A DNA stretch of 60,795 nt, counting the filler, from Stramenopiles sp. TOSAG23-2 (Eukaryota): assembly GCA_900128395.1 (NCBI GenBank). It is 47 parts of 47 records of this genome, joined end to end, with 100 filler letters (N's around TTAATTAATTAA, not from the genome) between each part and the next. Parts side by side here need not be neighbours in the genome. Positions count along the whole stretch, not along the records: positions 9,879 to 11,011 come from LT653634.1; positions 11,112 to 12,244 come from LT653635.1; positions 12,345 to 13,477 come from LT653636.1; positions 13,578 to 14,710 come from LT653637.1; positions 14,811 to 15,942 come from LT653638.1; positions 16,043 to 17,172 come from LT653639.1; positions 17,273 to 18,402 come from LT653640.1; positions 18,503 to 19,631 come from LT653641.1; 39 more parts are not named here. One strand, given 5' to 3'. The position numbers were made by a program, and so were the translations under genes. The notes below the pieces were generated by a model, which saw only the letters and a program-made list of their open reading frames with translations, searched no databases and was not told the DNA's origin. Positions 10,136 to 22,216 of the stretch are shown one piece after another (the stretch's first letter is position 1; each line of letters starts with the position of its first letter).

Positions 10136-10900
10136 ATGACATTACAATATACTCATGATCCTTTACCTATGATATTGCAATTACAACATAATGATGTTAG
10201 TGTTAACAAGAAAGTGACATGGAAGGAATTGCCATTTCGATGTAAAGCAGATGTTTTAAATAAATGGCCATGCGGTAAAATTTTTCAAGGTGATAAAGAT
10301 GCAGCATCATTATTACGTTTACCATTATCAGAATTATATACTGGGAAGGATGAAAACGTAGCACCAACAGCTATAATGCCAACATTTTATTTATATGAAT
10401 ATTCAAATGTAAGTGATTTATTTTATCATGGGAATTGGTGGAAACAAAAACAAACTGTTCAACGGGGCTCATTATTTATAAAACAATTTTTCAAAAATGT
10501 ACATAAAAGCAAAAATATAGACGAAATAAGTCCTGCGCGTGATTGGGCATTGATATTTTTAAGTATTAGCGTCACTATCTCTTGTATAGAAACTTTTCTT
10601 TTAAATGAAGATGATGGTGAGCAATGCATTTGGACAAAAATAGAAGACAAAATTCGTATTAATCTCGCTTTGTCTGCTGCTTTACTATTATCATATGTTC
10701 CAAATTATACATGTTCCGCTTGTTCCGCTATTTTTTGCTTATATTGTGCATATAAATATTGTATGAAAATTTATCATGATATACAATTGCATGGTAGTCT
10801 GAATGTTTATCGTCATACAAGTTTGTTCATACTTCTTATATTAGTCGTCATTAGTATTTATAAAAATATTGATGATTTTGATGCAAGGGATTATGATTGA
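10136..10900 (+). CDS. Membrane protein, C-terminal part (weak resemblance to lysophospholipid acyltransferase C-termini)
   Basis: Long ORF with several hydrophobic segments; YDMTLQY resembles the YDxTxxY motif; 5' end abuts a chimeric junction. Confidence 0.5.
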   Translation: MTLQYTHDPLPMILQLQHNDVSVNKKVTWKELPFRCKADVLNKWPCGKIFQGDKDAASLLRLPLSELYTGKDENVAPTAIMPTFYLYEYSNVSDLFYHGNWWKQKQTVQRGSLFIKQFFKNVHKSKNIDEISPARDWALIFLSISVTISCIETFLLNEDDGEQCIWTKIEDKIRINLALSAALLLSYVPNYTCSACSAIFCLYCAYKYCMKIYHDIQLHGSLNVYRHTSLFILLILVVISIYKNIDDFDARDYD

Positions 10901-11269
10901 GCGAGAGAGAGAATATAGTTCCTTAAAAAATATGGCATATTTTTATCCGAGGTTATCTGTTTGAATTTTTAAAAACTCTTTCAATGCATCTCGAACATGT
11001 TTTTCCGACGGNNNNNNNNNNNNNNNNNNNNNNNNNNNNNNNNNNNNNNNNNNNNTTAATTAATTAANNNNNNNNNNNNNNNNNNNNNNNNNNNNNNNNN
11101 NNNNNNNNNNNCAGAACTGATACCATCTTGTTTCACTTAATTTTATTTTAAAAATATTACATATACGAAGTATTATTTTAAAACACCACACATACAGCCA
11201 TGATAGCACATACGTTTTGATATTTTTCTACGAATAATAATGATACTCCCCATGTTTTTCCAAATTATT

Positions 11270-12244
11270 TTATTGCACTAATGATCCACGTGCAACAACA
11301 GTTGGTTTTTTCATACCATCTTTTGTTTCTTTTTCTTCTGCTGGTGGAGCAGCATCAACTTTTTCTACACTAGCTACATGGTTGATTGGTACACTTTGCT
11401 CCAATACGGTTTCACGATTGTGTTTAGCTGTTGCTGTAACAATAGTTTTTTTACCATCTTTAGAATCACTACTACCATTATCTTCTGCTTCTTTAATATT
11501 TCCACTTAATTTAGCTTTTGCTGATACTACTACTGCATGTTTTGTTGATTCTTCTTCAACATCAACACTACCACCTTTGACTTTTTTTTTAGGCGCTGCT
11601 TCCTCCTCTTCTTTCTTCTCTTTTTTGGCTGGTTTCTCTTCTTCCTTTTCTTCTTTCTTCTCTTTTTTGGCTGGTTTCTCTTCTTCCTTTTCCTCTTTTT
11701 CAGCTGGTTTTGCTGCTGCTGCGGCTTTTAGCTTAGCAATAGTTGCTTTTGCTTTTGCCAATGCACTTTCTGTTTCTGATAATTTATCAGACATAGCGGA
11801 AACTTTACCGTCATCTTTTTTTGCAGGTGCTTCCACTTTTGGTTTCTCTGCTTTGTCTTTAGCATCCGTAACTTCTTTCTTCTTGTCATCTGCCATTTTT
11901 TCAGCCTTATCTTCATCTGCCTCTTTTTTCTTCTCCGATTTAGCTTTTTCTGCTTCTGCGTCGGACTCTTTTTTCTTTTCTTCCATTTCAGCATCTTTTT
12001 TTGCATCTGCTGCTTTCTTTTTCGCAGCTTTTTCTTGATCATCTTTTTTATCACCTTCATCAGCTTTTTCTTTTTCCTCCATTTCTTTTTCTTGGTCTTT
12101 TAAGAATTTTTGTTTATTTTTACAAACATCCAAAATGGCTTTCATTTCTTTTTGAATTTTCATAGCATCTTCAAGTGCATCGTCACTTGCATCTTGTGCA
12201 CGTTGAGATTCTTCTTTCAATTCAGCTGCTTCGTTACGTGCTTC
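11270..12244 (-). CDS. Lys/Glu/Ala-rich low-complexity coiled-coil protein, C-terminal part
   Basis: Open from the contig edge; EEKPAKKEKKEE repeats. Confidence 0.8.
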   Translation of the reverse strand, partial: EARNEAAELKEESQRAQDASDDALEDAMKIQKEMKAILDVCKNKQKFLKDQEKEMEEKEKADEGDKKDDQEKAAKKKAADAKKDAEMEEKKKESDAEAEKAKSEKKKEADEDKAEKMADDKKKEVTDAKDKAEKPKVEAPAKKDDGKVSAMSDKLSETESALAKAKATIAKLKAAAAAKPAEKEEKEEEKPAKKEKKEEKEEEKPAKKEKKEEEEAAPKKKVKGGSVDVEEESTKHAVVVSAKAKLSGNIKEAEDNGSSDSKDGKKTIVTATAKHNRETVLEQSVPINHVASVEKVDAAPPAEEKETKDGMKKPTVVARGSLVQ

Positions 12245-13099
12245 NNNNNNNNNNNNNNNNNNNNNNNNNNNNNNNNNNNNNNNNNNNNTTAATTAATTAA
12301 NNNNNNNNNNNNNNNNNNNNNNNNNNNNNNNNNNNNNNNNNNNNCCTTCTAATGAAGCAAACACCTTTTTGCATTTTTACACCAACAGATGAAAATTCCA
12401 AACCCAATAATGTGGCAAGGGTGTTAAAACCTTCTTCTTTTAACATTTTAATGAAACCTTCAGGTTTCCATTAACATCATAATACATAATTGTTGTTGTA
12501 ATATCTCCTGACCATGTTAGGAACAATAAGTATTACAGTATGACAACCAGTACTAAATTTATGTAACAATTTAACAAGTGAATTTAGAATGAAGTTGTAT
12601 TATGAAGAACAACTCCATCATGATATGACAATTACAGTTGACAATGATGTAGAAGATGATTATATGTATAATTCTGCATATGAAACAAAATACAGTGAGT
12701 TGATTTCGAATTTGGTGTTGCTTTTGCTGTTGCTTTTGCTGTTGGTGATGATGATTTTGAAGTAGCTGTCATCACTTATAGTATATTGACATTGTTTGCA
12801 TTGTTGTCAACGATTGAATTAAATCTTGACATTGTGTTTTACATATATTTTATATATGTATGATGTATGTATATATGATATATAAATGTGATAAATTGTT
12901 GCATAGTAGTAGTTTACACGTTTAAATGACAGTGTTGATGCTTATGACACACAACATGTACTGTCATATTGGTACACATCTCATATTATTTACATGTTCA
13001 TTATCAGGGTATATTCAAATAGCATAGCAAGATAGCATTGAATATATATTCCATGCTGTGTTCGTACTGATCAACCACACCACAGCAGCACACCACCGA

Positions 13100-13158
13100 C
13101 CTAGCTACCATACTGGCATACCAGCATACCAGCATACCAGCATACCAGCATAGCTACC
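13100..13158. repeat. (CATACCAG)n 8-mer tandem in an intergenic core
   Basis: About 4 copies; shorter versions at ~5624-5640 and ~52027-52044 (reverse). Confidence 0.85.
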
Positions 13159-13382
13159 CAACAAGCAAAAAAAAAATGAATAAATTGATTGACAACAACA
13201 AGTAAAAGATATCAACAACAAAAAAAGCACCACAAGATCATCGATCAATTGACTATTTTGTATGTCTCAGACATAGGTGTGTGTAACGGTGTCATAATAC
13301 ATATATATATCCTTCCATATAACAACAACAAGAACAACAACAACAACAACAACAACAACAAGCAAACAATTCAATTTTTATC

Positions 13383-13477
13383 ATGGCATCAATATCTTCC
13401 TCTTCCACAGATAACAATAATACTGAATTCCCAGCAAGTTCAGATAAATATGGTGAAGTTGTATTTAGTGGTGGTGC
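13383..13477 (+). CDS. Gene start, truncated (MASISSSSTDNNNTEF...)
   Basis: ATG after a CAA-rich 5' UTR; open to the contig end. Confidence 0.45.
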
Positions 13478-13577
13478 NNNNNNNNNNNNNNNNNNNNNNN
13501 NNNNNNNNNNNNNNNNNNNNNTTAATTAATTAANNNNNNNNNNNNNNNNNNNNNNNNNNNNNNNNNNNNNNNNNNNN

Positions 13578-13631
13578 ATTTGTAGTGTTTGATATATTTG
13601 ATAGGCCAGATTAGGTATTTTTTGTACTTGA
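13578..13631 (+). repeat. Dispersed ~54-nt repeat, copy 1 (copy 2 at 43075-43128)
   Basis: ATTTGTAGTGTTTGATATATTTGATAGG(C/T)CA(G/A)ATTAGGTATTTTTTGTACTTGA; 2 differences. Confidence 0.9.
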
Positions 13632-13941
13632 AACTTTTGTTTTATTAGTGAAATCATAATAACATCATAAAAAGCGATATATAAAAAATTCTCTTATTTA
13701 AAATATGGTTAAAATCTAAGTTATAATAAATTTACACTTCTCGTGTTAAAGTAATATGCTCAATACTCAAATTCTCTTATTTATAATTTAAAGATTTTAT
13801 TTACTCATTAAATATTATATACTTCGTAATATATAACGTAAACACTAAAGATAATTGATAGTAATATCTAATATACGTGTGCGTTTAAAAAAATACATTT
13901 ATTTTAATATAAAAATTTTACTAGTATATCCTAGAAAAGAA

Positions 13942-14256
13942 ATGGGTGCAATTGAAGCACATATTATAAGTAGAAATGGTATGATTACTCAAACATTCTT
14001 TGAATTAAAGCAATTTGTCATGAAAAATTATGAATTAGAAGAAGTAGATGATGAAGAAAAAACGATTACGGTAACTTTAATGAGACAAGACGATTATGAT
14101 AAAGATAAATTGGTTCCTATCTTGGAAAACAGGGATTTAGAACATTCCATTGCAATTTGGCAAGCTGCCATAAAATTGCGTAAAAAACAACTAATTTTAT
14201 ATCACATCGAACCGGTGGTATCACTAATTCAGCTTCCGTTCCTTTCTTTGATTTAA
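13942..14256 (+). CDS. Small orphan protein; 3' end overlaps a convergent ORF (14117-14332, minus strand)
   Basis: MGAIEAHIISR... has protein-like composition; probable chimeric join near 14210. Confidence 0.45.
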   Translation: MGAIEAHIISRNGMITQTFFELKQFVMKNYELEEVDDEEKTITVTLMRQDDYDKDKLVPILENRDLEHSIAIWQAAIKLRKKQLILYHIEPVVSLIQLPFLSLI

Positions 14257-15259
14257 CTTTTTTTACAAAGCCCATATTGTCCCATCCTTTACTACCAGCA
14301 GATTTTTTTTTTATTAAATTTGCTAACGACATGTTTTATATGTATATATATATATATCTATCTATGAATCGTGTTAAATTATCAAATAATATATGTATAT
14401 TAATAAATAAATATCTTTTATTGTTTTCTTCCCGTTTTAATAAATCTATTTTAAAATACTATTATGTATATAATGGATCACACATACATGTATTATCTCT
14501 CTCTCTCTACAGTCGGATTTATATAAAGTTTCTGAAGAAAGAAATTGTTTGTTTCATAATTTATGTCAATATTTAGCTGTCGTCTAATGATATTGCCATA
14601 CTAGCTCTACTACCGCCAACGTTTTTATGCCATTTTTTATACGTTGTTATTGTGTATAACATCATTGTTATTGTTATTCTCATCCATATTTCTATTAGTA
14701 TTATTATTATNNNNNNNNNNNNNNNNNNNNNNNNNNNNNNNNNNNNNNNNNNNNTTAATTAATTAANNNNNNNNNNNNNNNNNNNNNNNNNNNNNNNNNN
14801 NNNNNNNNNNAAAGAAAAAAAGGTATAATAACACAATATCGATATTTAAGAATAATAATTTCAGTTTCAATTTATTTACGTATATATATCAACTGTATCT
14901 CGTATTTATATATCTATATCTATATATATCACCTACACATTGTGTATTTGCAACATTACATGTAATATATGTATCTTCTTGGATACTATTGTAATTGTGG
15001 CACATTGAAAGATTATTTAGATAGAAGCAAAGTTATAGGCAACTTATTATATAGCAGCAGTAGAAGAAGAAGAAGAAGAAGAGAAGAAAAAAAAAAAAGC
15101 TGTTGTTGTTGTTGGTTGTTGGTTGTTGGTCAATTATTGGATCGTAGGCAATGCTGTGTCCATTGTAAATATATGATAGCATAGTAGTACGCCTAAAATC
15201 AATAGCATAGACACATGGGGTGTTATTTTGCCACACGATTCAACACCTACATACCATTG

Positions 15260-15354
15260 ATACCATGTACAAGGCTCTCAGCACCACACAAAATAACACC
15301 TACATACCATGTACAAGGCTCTCAGCACCACACAAAATAACATCTACATACCAT
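15260..15354. repeat. 44-bp tandem repeat, ~2.2 copies
   Basis: ATACCATGTACAAGGCTCTCAGCACCACACAAAATAACA(C/T)CTAC occurs twice. Confidence 0.9.
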
Positions 15355-15475
15355 TTACAAGCGCACAGCAGCCACTCATTAGCGATATTATGTTCATTTT
15401 ATGAATAAAAAATACAAATATCGACATATTTCGGTAAATTAACATTATCTAGAATAATATAGTCGCTAAATTTGG

Positions 15476-15599
15476 TAGAAATACGAAATATGACTAAATA
15501 AAAAATTATGATTTTTACATTCATATTCGACAGAGAGAAGTTAAAACAATAGGTTTGAATATGATCATTTTTTCTATTTAGTCATATTTCGTATATCTA
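15476..15599. mobile_element. MITE-like element with 25-bp inverted repeats
   Basis: TAGAAATACGAAATATGACTAAATA (15476-15500) versus TATTTAGTCATATTTCGTATATCTA (15575-15599); 1 mismatch. Confidence 0.55.
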
Positions 15600-16225
15600 T
15601 TAAAAATAGGATTTTTTGGGTGTTTTTTGTGTACTTAGTTGTAGTCTTTAGATAAGAAATTGCTTTTGATTATTACGAAATGAAGCGATATTTGTTATTG
15701 AAACAAAAGTCAATAAAAAAAAAGACGTGTGTTTGAACACAAGGAGTTGATCCCTTCAGGGGTTGATAAATGTTCTCTACTCTTGGTGTTCGTGGCGATT
15801 TTAATGCTCGTATTATTTTACATTAAATAAAGCAGATGGTTACATATACGTGTGTGAAGAGAAAAAGATCTAGTGTGAGGAGTGTAATATAATAATAAAA
15901 ATGTAGAGAGCGTGGGTCTTACTTCTAGACTTGGTTCTTTTGNNNNNNNNNNNNNNNNNNNNNNNNNNNNNNNNNNNNNNNNNNNNTTAATTAATTAANN
16001 NNNNNNNNNNNNNNNNNNNNNNNNNNNNNNNNNNNNNNNNNNTGATTAAAAATCGATTCTACACAGAATATATATATATATATTGGGTTGTGTGTTGTGT
16101 GTTGCTGTAATCTATTTATATCCATATTATTTTTATGGCTAAAAACATTTTTTTGGCTAAAATTTACTCAATATTGCCGGAATCAATATTACCGCTTTTT
16201 TATGACAAATTATGAAAATACACAT

Positions 16226-17002
16226 AATCTTTATGTTATGAATATATTTTTAAAAATAAAAAGTATAATACGAATGCCAGAATGGATGAAGCAATTTTGG
16301 AATTTCTGATAAAATGGGAAGCTGTTCCGTTTTTTAATTTTTCGGCATGACAAAAATAAAACTGCTTTTCTAGCCCCTTTTGGTGCTTTTCTCTCTATTT
16401 CATCTACCACCGTGCCACCGTGGTTATACTCTCTCTCTCTGCTTTTTGATGTGGAAGCGTTAGATTATACCTTAATCTTGAAATTTTTAAAAATCTTTAT
16501 GTTATGAATATATTTTTAAAAATAAAAAGTATAATACGAATGCCAGAATGGATGAAGCAATTTTGGAATTTCTGATAAAATGGGAAGCTGTTCCGTTTTT
16601 TAATTTTTCGGCATGACAAAAATAAAACTGCTTTTCTAGCCCCTTTTGGTGCTTTTCTCTCTATTTCATCTACCACCGTGCCACCGTGGTTATACTCTCT
16701 CTCTCTGCTTTTTGATGTGGAAGCGTTAGATTATACCTTAATCTTGAAATTTTTAAAACACAAAACACAATAACAACCTAAACCTCTCTACATCTTGCCG
16801 TTTTTTAATTTTTCGGCATGACAAAAATAAAACTGCTTTTCTAGCCCCTTTTGGTGCTTTTCTCTCTATTTCATCTACCACCGTGCCACCGTGGTTATAC
16901 TCTCTCTCTCTGCTTTTTGATGTGGAAGCGTTAGATTATACCTTAATCTTGAAATTTTTAAAACACAAAACACAATAACAACCTAAACCTCTCTACATCT
17001 TG
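16226..17002. repeat. Near-perfect tandem duplications (~267-bp and ~204-bp periods; shared core present three times)
   Basis: CCGTTTTTTAATTTTTCGGCATGAC...GAAATTTTTAAAA occurs three times with no visible differences. Confidence 0.92.
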
Positions 17003-17069
17003 ATACAGGTAGCAGGTAGCCAGGTAGCATAAAGATTTGTATTTTTATTACACATAGATTAAATCAACA

Positions 17070-17132
17070 CGAACGTGCGAACGTGCGAACGTGCGAACGT
17101 GCGAACGTGCGAACGTGCGAACGGTGCGAACG
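17070..17132. repeat. (CGAACGTG)n CpG-rich minisatellite
   Basis: 6 perfect copies plus degenerate ones. Confidence 0.95.
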
Positions 17133-17769
17133 CCCCATATATATATATATATCTTCAATCCCACACAACACANNNNNNNNNNNNNNNNNNNNNNNNNNNN
17201 NNNNNNNNNNNNNNNNTTAATTAATTAANNNNNNNNNNNNNNNNNNNNNNNNNNNNNNNNNNNNNNNNNNNNGGGTTATTAAAGCACCAGCATCCGTTTC
17301 ACCAGCAGTTTAAAACTACAAAGTGTTAGCGTGTGTGGTGTTTGTGTTTTTTTTCATTTATCTATATTAACTTTAATATTTTAAAAAATTGCAAACCAGG
17401 CAAATATTATTTGATATCCTCTTTCCTCTCCATTTTTGAAGTGACCGCCTCCCTATCCGGTACATGTTAGAATACTATTAAAAAAATAGGAGATTCAAAA
17501 ATGTTTGATGAAAATCAAAATATTTTTTATTTTACAAGGCAAGACACACTCTTTTTACAATTTTTATACCACTTTTTCACTATATATTCAGCGAGTCCAG
17601 TTTTATTTATTTAATTTTTTTTACAATACAATATATATCATCACACTTTACGATAATCGTAACATATACACGCCGCATGTGATCAATTTTTGTTTTCACT
17701 CTTGTGTGTTTATTTTTATTCAAAGATATTTCAACATATAAAATATTTGAAAAAACAATTTAAAATTGT

Positions 17770-18096
17770 TCAATCTTCATCTGAATATATTCCACTTATT
17801 AACATAATACCATGTGTAACTCCAGCGCCTAAAGTCCATTTAAAAAGTCTATCCCTCAGTACAGGGTTATGACGAAATCCTATCCTTATCAATGGAAGTA
17901 TTGGTGCAAATGCTAATGGGGTTAACATCCACCAATTTGGCCCAGTAGAATGTTGTTCTCTCCATCGTTTTGTATTTTCTATTGATTCTTCATGACGTTT
18001 CTTAAACATTTCTTTTCCTACATAATCTTTTTTCGCTTTCCTAGTTTCCGTCTGTTTCCAATTCTCTAATGGTATTTTCACATCATCCTCTGCCAT
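17770..18096 (-). CDS. Small hypothetical membrane protein, complete
   Basis: 108-aa ORF with PLAFAPILPLIRIGFRHNP.LRDRLF and a C-terminal hydrophobic helix. Confidence 0.75.
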   Translation of the reverse strand: MAEDDVKIPLENWKQTETRKAKKDYVGKEMFKKRHEESIENTKRWREQHSTGPNWWMLTPLAFAPILPLIRIGFRHNPVLRDRLFKWTLGAGVTHGIMLISGIYSDED

Positions 18097-18502
18097 TGTT
18101 CCTATAATTATTGAATGTTTAAATAGAATTTTTAATCTCCTTCACTGTCATCTCTTATAATTTTTATTGTTCAGATCGAACAACACATCAAAACTTATAA
18201 AAAACCTAGGGAGGATTATTGGAAAGATATAGTATATATTATAAAGTATAAATAATAGTATACTAATAGTTTTGCAAAAAGGTACTCCTCTCCGCCCATT
18301 TGAAAATAATAAATCCCGCTTTCCTTTTGGCTTTCCAGCTTTCATACATTTCACATCTCCCAGATCTCTAGAACATTATTATGGTGTATTATTTCATATT
18401 TANNNNNNNNNNNNNNNNNNNNNNNNNNNNNNNNNNNNNNNNNNNNTTAATTAATTAANNNNNNNNNNNNNNNNNNNNNNNNNNNNNNNNNNNNNNNNNN
18501 NN

Positions 18503-19631
18503 GATGGCAAAACAAATACAAAATCTTTAGATGATACTGTCGTTATCCCAATTAGAGTCAACCCCGTGAATGACGCTCCACAAATTGTGTTGCCACGATC
18601 TCAGACTATCTTAATTACTGGCTATCAAGTCTCAGACGTTGATTTAGATAATACTGATTTGATGCAAGTAAATGTCTCTGTAGCAAGCACAGCCGGGTAT
18701 TTAACAATGGGCAATGTGGGCGATGTTTCATTATTGGGCTCCTCGACTGGTCTGTATGAACGAAAAATAAGTTTTGAAGCAACTGTTTCTAGTGTTAATG
18801 AAGCTTTGAAAACTTTGGAATATACACGATACCCAGCTTTTGATGGAGGTGATACACTCATATTTTCATTTAGCAATTCTAAGCAGGATACGGTAGATAC
18901 TACCCTAGTCGAACTTACTGTAAATAATAATGTGAAAAATACTAAAAGTCGTCCCAAAGTCCTAACAATCGCCCCAGGTCGTGTTCCAGTTGATGGTGGC
19001 TCCATAATTTTTGTTTCTGGATCCAACTTTGATAATTTGGATCAGTTTTTCTGCCAATTTGGCGAGATTGCTGCCGTGCCAGCGAGGGTTACGTCAAGTA
19101 CATCTTTAGAGTGCATAACCCCCGCGTTACAAACAGGCAGCGTGTTACTTCGTATTACAAATAAAAAAGACTTGTGGACTAACGCTGTTGAGGTAACTTT
19201 TGACGGACGTGTAACATTGATGTCTTTGTCACCAAAACGAGGTTCGACGCGTGGCGGAACTGAAATTATTATCGAGGGGATGAATTTTGCAGACTCGGAA
19301 TCCGCTCGGTGTAAATTTGGTCTTAATTCCCTTGTTCCAGCGCTTTGGCTAAGCAACACCAAGGTGAAATGTATCTCACCATCTCAGGACGCTCCGGGGA
19401 TGACCAGTGTGCAATTTAGTAGCAACGGGGTTGATTTTCCAGCACAGGCATTGGTTTATACTTATGACAAAGAAGTTGTGTTGACTAGCCTAGGCCCGAC
19501 GCGGGGTCCTATTGTTGGGGGCATGCTTGTCACGTTGTTTGGTGAGAACTTTCGACTAGATGCAAATTTAATGTGTCGCTTTGGCGTTGAGAGCGCGCGC
19601 GCGTCATTTATTAACTCTACAACTATCAGAT
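18503..19631 (+). CDS. Giant surface protein fragment: cadherin-like (PVNDAP) + IPT/TIG repeats
   Basis: Repeated P.xG.xxGG..I.I.G.NF....C.FG....A...S.T...C..P...SSNG.D units. Confidence 0.88.
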
Positions 19632-19849
19632 NNNNNNNNNNNNNNNNNNNNNNNNNNNNNNNNNNNNNNNNNNNNTTAATTAATTAANNNNNNNNNNNNN
19701 NNNNNNNNNNNNNNNNNNNNNNNNNNNNNNNTTCTATAGTGAATAGTGTTATTCGGGGAATCAATTTACATATTAATTTCATTTTGGAATAGTTCGGATA
19801 TATACAAAACAAGATATCCAAAAATGGAAATAAGGGTAATATTAGATTA

Positions 19850-19940
19850 TTGAAAGATGATCATAATATTGATGATGTAATCTCAATGTATTTTTGAAAG
19901 ATGATCATAATATCGATGATGCAATCTCAATGTATTTTTT
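19850..19940. repeat. 44-bp tandem duplication
   Basis: GAAAGATGATCATAATAT(T/C)GATGATG(T/C)AATCTCAATGTATTTTT twice. Confidence 0.9.
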
Positions 19941-20150
19941 GATATTTAATCTTGGATTTCTATTCAGATTTACTCTCCGATGTCGGCTCCTCGACCAACA
20001 ACTACTGAAAATCACGTTAAAAATTTAGTAAGAAGGAAGAATAAAATGAATAAACACACATTACAAACCGTAGCTCGCTCGCATGATGTGAACCGATAGT
20101 GGTGAAAAAGTAATAGTTAAAGAAAACAGAGATATAATAGTATAATATAA

Positions 20151-20795
<645 letters not shown>

Positions 20796-22216
20796 AAAAA
20801 AAATATATATTAAAATATAAAAATATGAAGCAAAAAGATTGTATATGGATACATATATACNNNNNNNNNNNNNNNNNNNNNNNNNNNNNNNNNNNNNNNN
20901 NNNNTTAATTAATTAANNNNNNNNNNNNNNNNNNNNNNNNNNNNNNNNNNNNNNNNNNNNCACTACGGGTTGCCTTTGCTGCTGCTCTTGCTTTGGATGA
21001 CATCTTCTCTCTTTTAATTGTTATTATTATATAAAAATTATATATGATATATGATATATATATATATTCCTGCTTTTGATATACAATACGATATTTATCT
21101 ATCTATTGTTTGTTTGTAAATATATGTATATATATAAATATATCTATCTGGTAGGTATTTCTATGTAAATCTGCCTAAATTCATGCATATATTATATGTA
21201 TTTGAGCATCTCTTATCATTCATTGTTTTCAATACTGTATAGTTATATATTTATATATATTCAATATGTATTTTACCAGATTATATACGTGTGATATTAT
21301 AGGTGTACTTGTGTAGTTGTTTTGTAGTTTATTTATACTTGTTAGTATATGAAATAAAATGGTATCGATTATTAGAATGCTTTCCTGGATTTCACTGGCC
21401 CTCAACAACCAGTGATTTTTAGCTCCTTACAGCATTAGAAATATTTTAAAATAGTTTTTATACTTAATCTATTTTATATTTAATAGTTTAGTATCAAAAT
21501 AGTATTATTATACGAAATATTGATAGGTAACATATGTCAGGTAAGAATACGCAAATTTATTTTAAGGTTTTATCGATGTTCTTGGACTCTTTTTGATAGG
21601 ACCGATATCGCTGTTTTTAATATTGTAATACATATGCTTGTGCCTGACATATCGAACTACACAGCATTGTTGGGAAGCATCCGCGCTCAGAATCTCTGAT
21701 TATGGGCTGTAGCAGGCGAAGATGAGGGGATCGAGTAGGGAAGCATCCTTCTGGCCTTCTTAGGGCCTTCTTAGGGCAAGCCAGTGGCAAGGATTTTTGG
21801 ATTTCTCCATATCAGGAATAAAACGACGCACTATTGCTAATGTATGATTTATGAAATACAATCCAGTGTATCGAGTAGATTAGTTAAGTTGTTATATAAA
21901 CAGGGAGAGGTAAAATGACTATTCTATACCAGTTAGACTAATGAAATTGTCTATCATAAACCATTTTGAAAACATTTTTTCACTTTAACTTTTTCCTTGT
22001 ATATTTATTTTTCAAACGATATTGGAAGCCCGACAGGTGTGTGTTTCTATCGACTGGAGGTACTCATTCCAAATACAAAAAACAACGCNNNNNNNNNNNN
22101 NNNNNNNNNNNNNNNNNNNNNNNNNNNNNNNNTTAATTAATTAANNNNNNNNNNNNNNNNNNNNNNNNNNNNNNNNNNNNNNNNNNNNATCCACCACCAC
22201 AACAACAAAAAAAAAA

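Noticed and set aside
11382..12038. 218-aa Phe/Ser/Ala-rich ORF and similar antisense ORFs (18625-19026, 35040-35465, 44734-45297 etc.)
   Set aside because: They are shadow frames of real genes on the opposite strand.
15260..15354. Mini CRISPR array (also considered for 16226-17002 and 19850-19940)
   Set aside because: These are head-to-tail duplications with no unique spacers and no cas genes, in a eukaryotic context.
21655..21795. GC-richer island with GGGAAGCATCC twice and GGCCTTCTTAG twice as a possible ncRNA
   Set aside because: I could not match it to tRNA, snRNA, SRP or snoRNA signatures; only short local repeats are supported.
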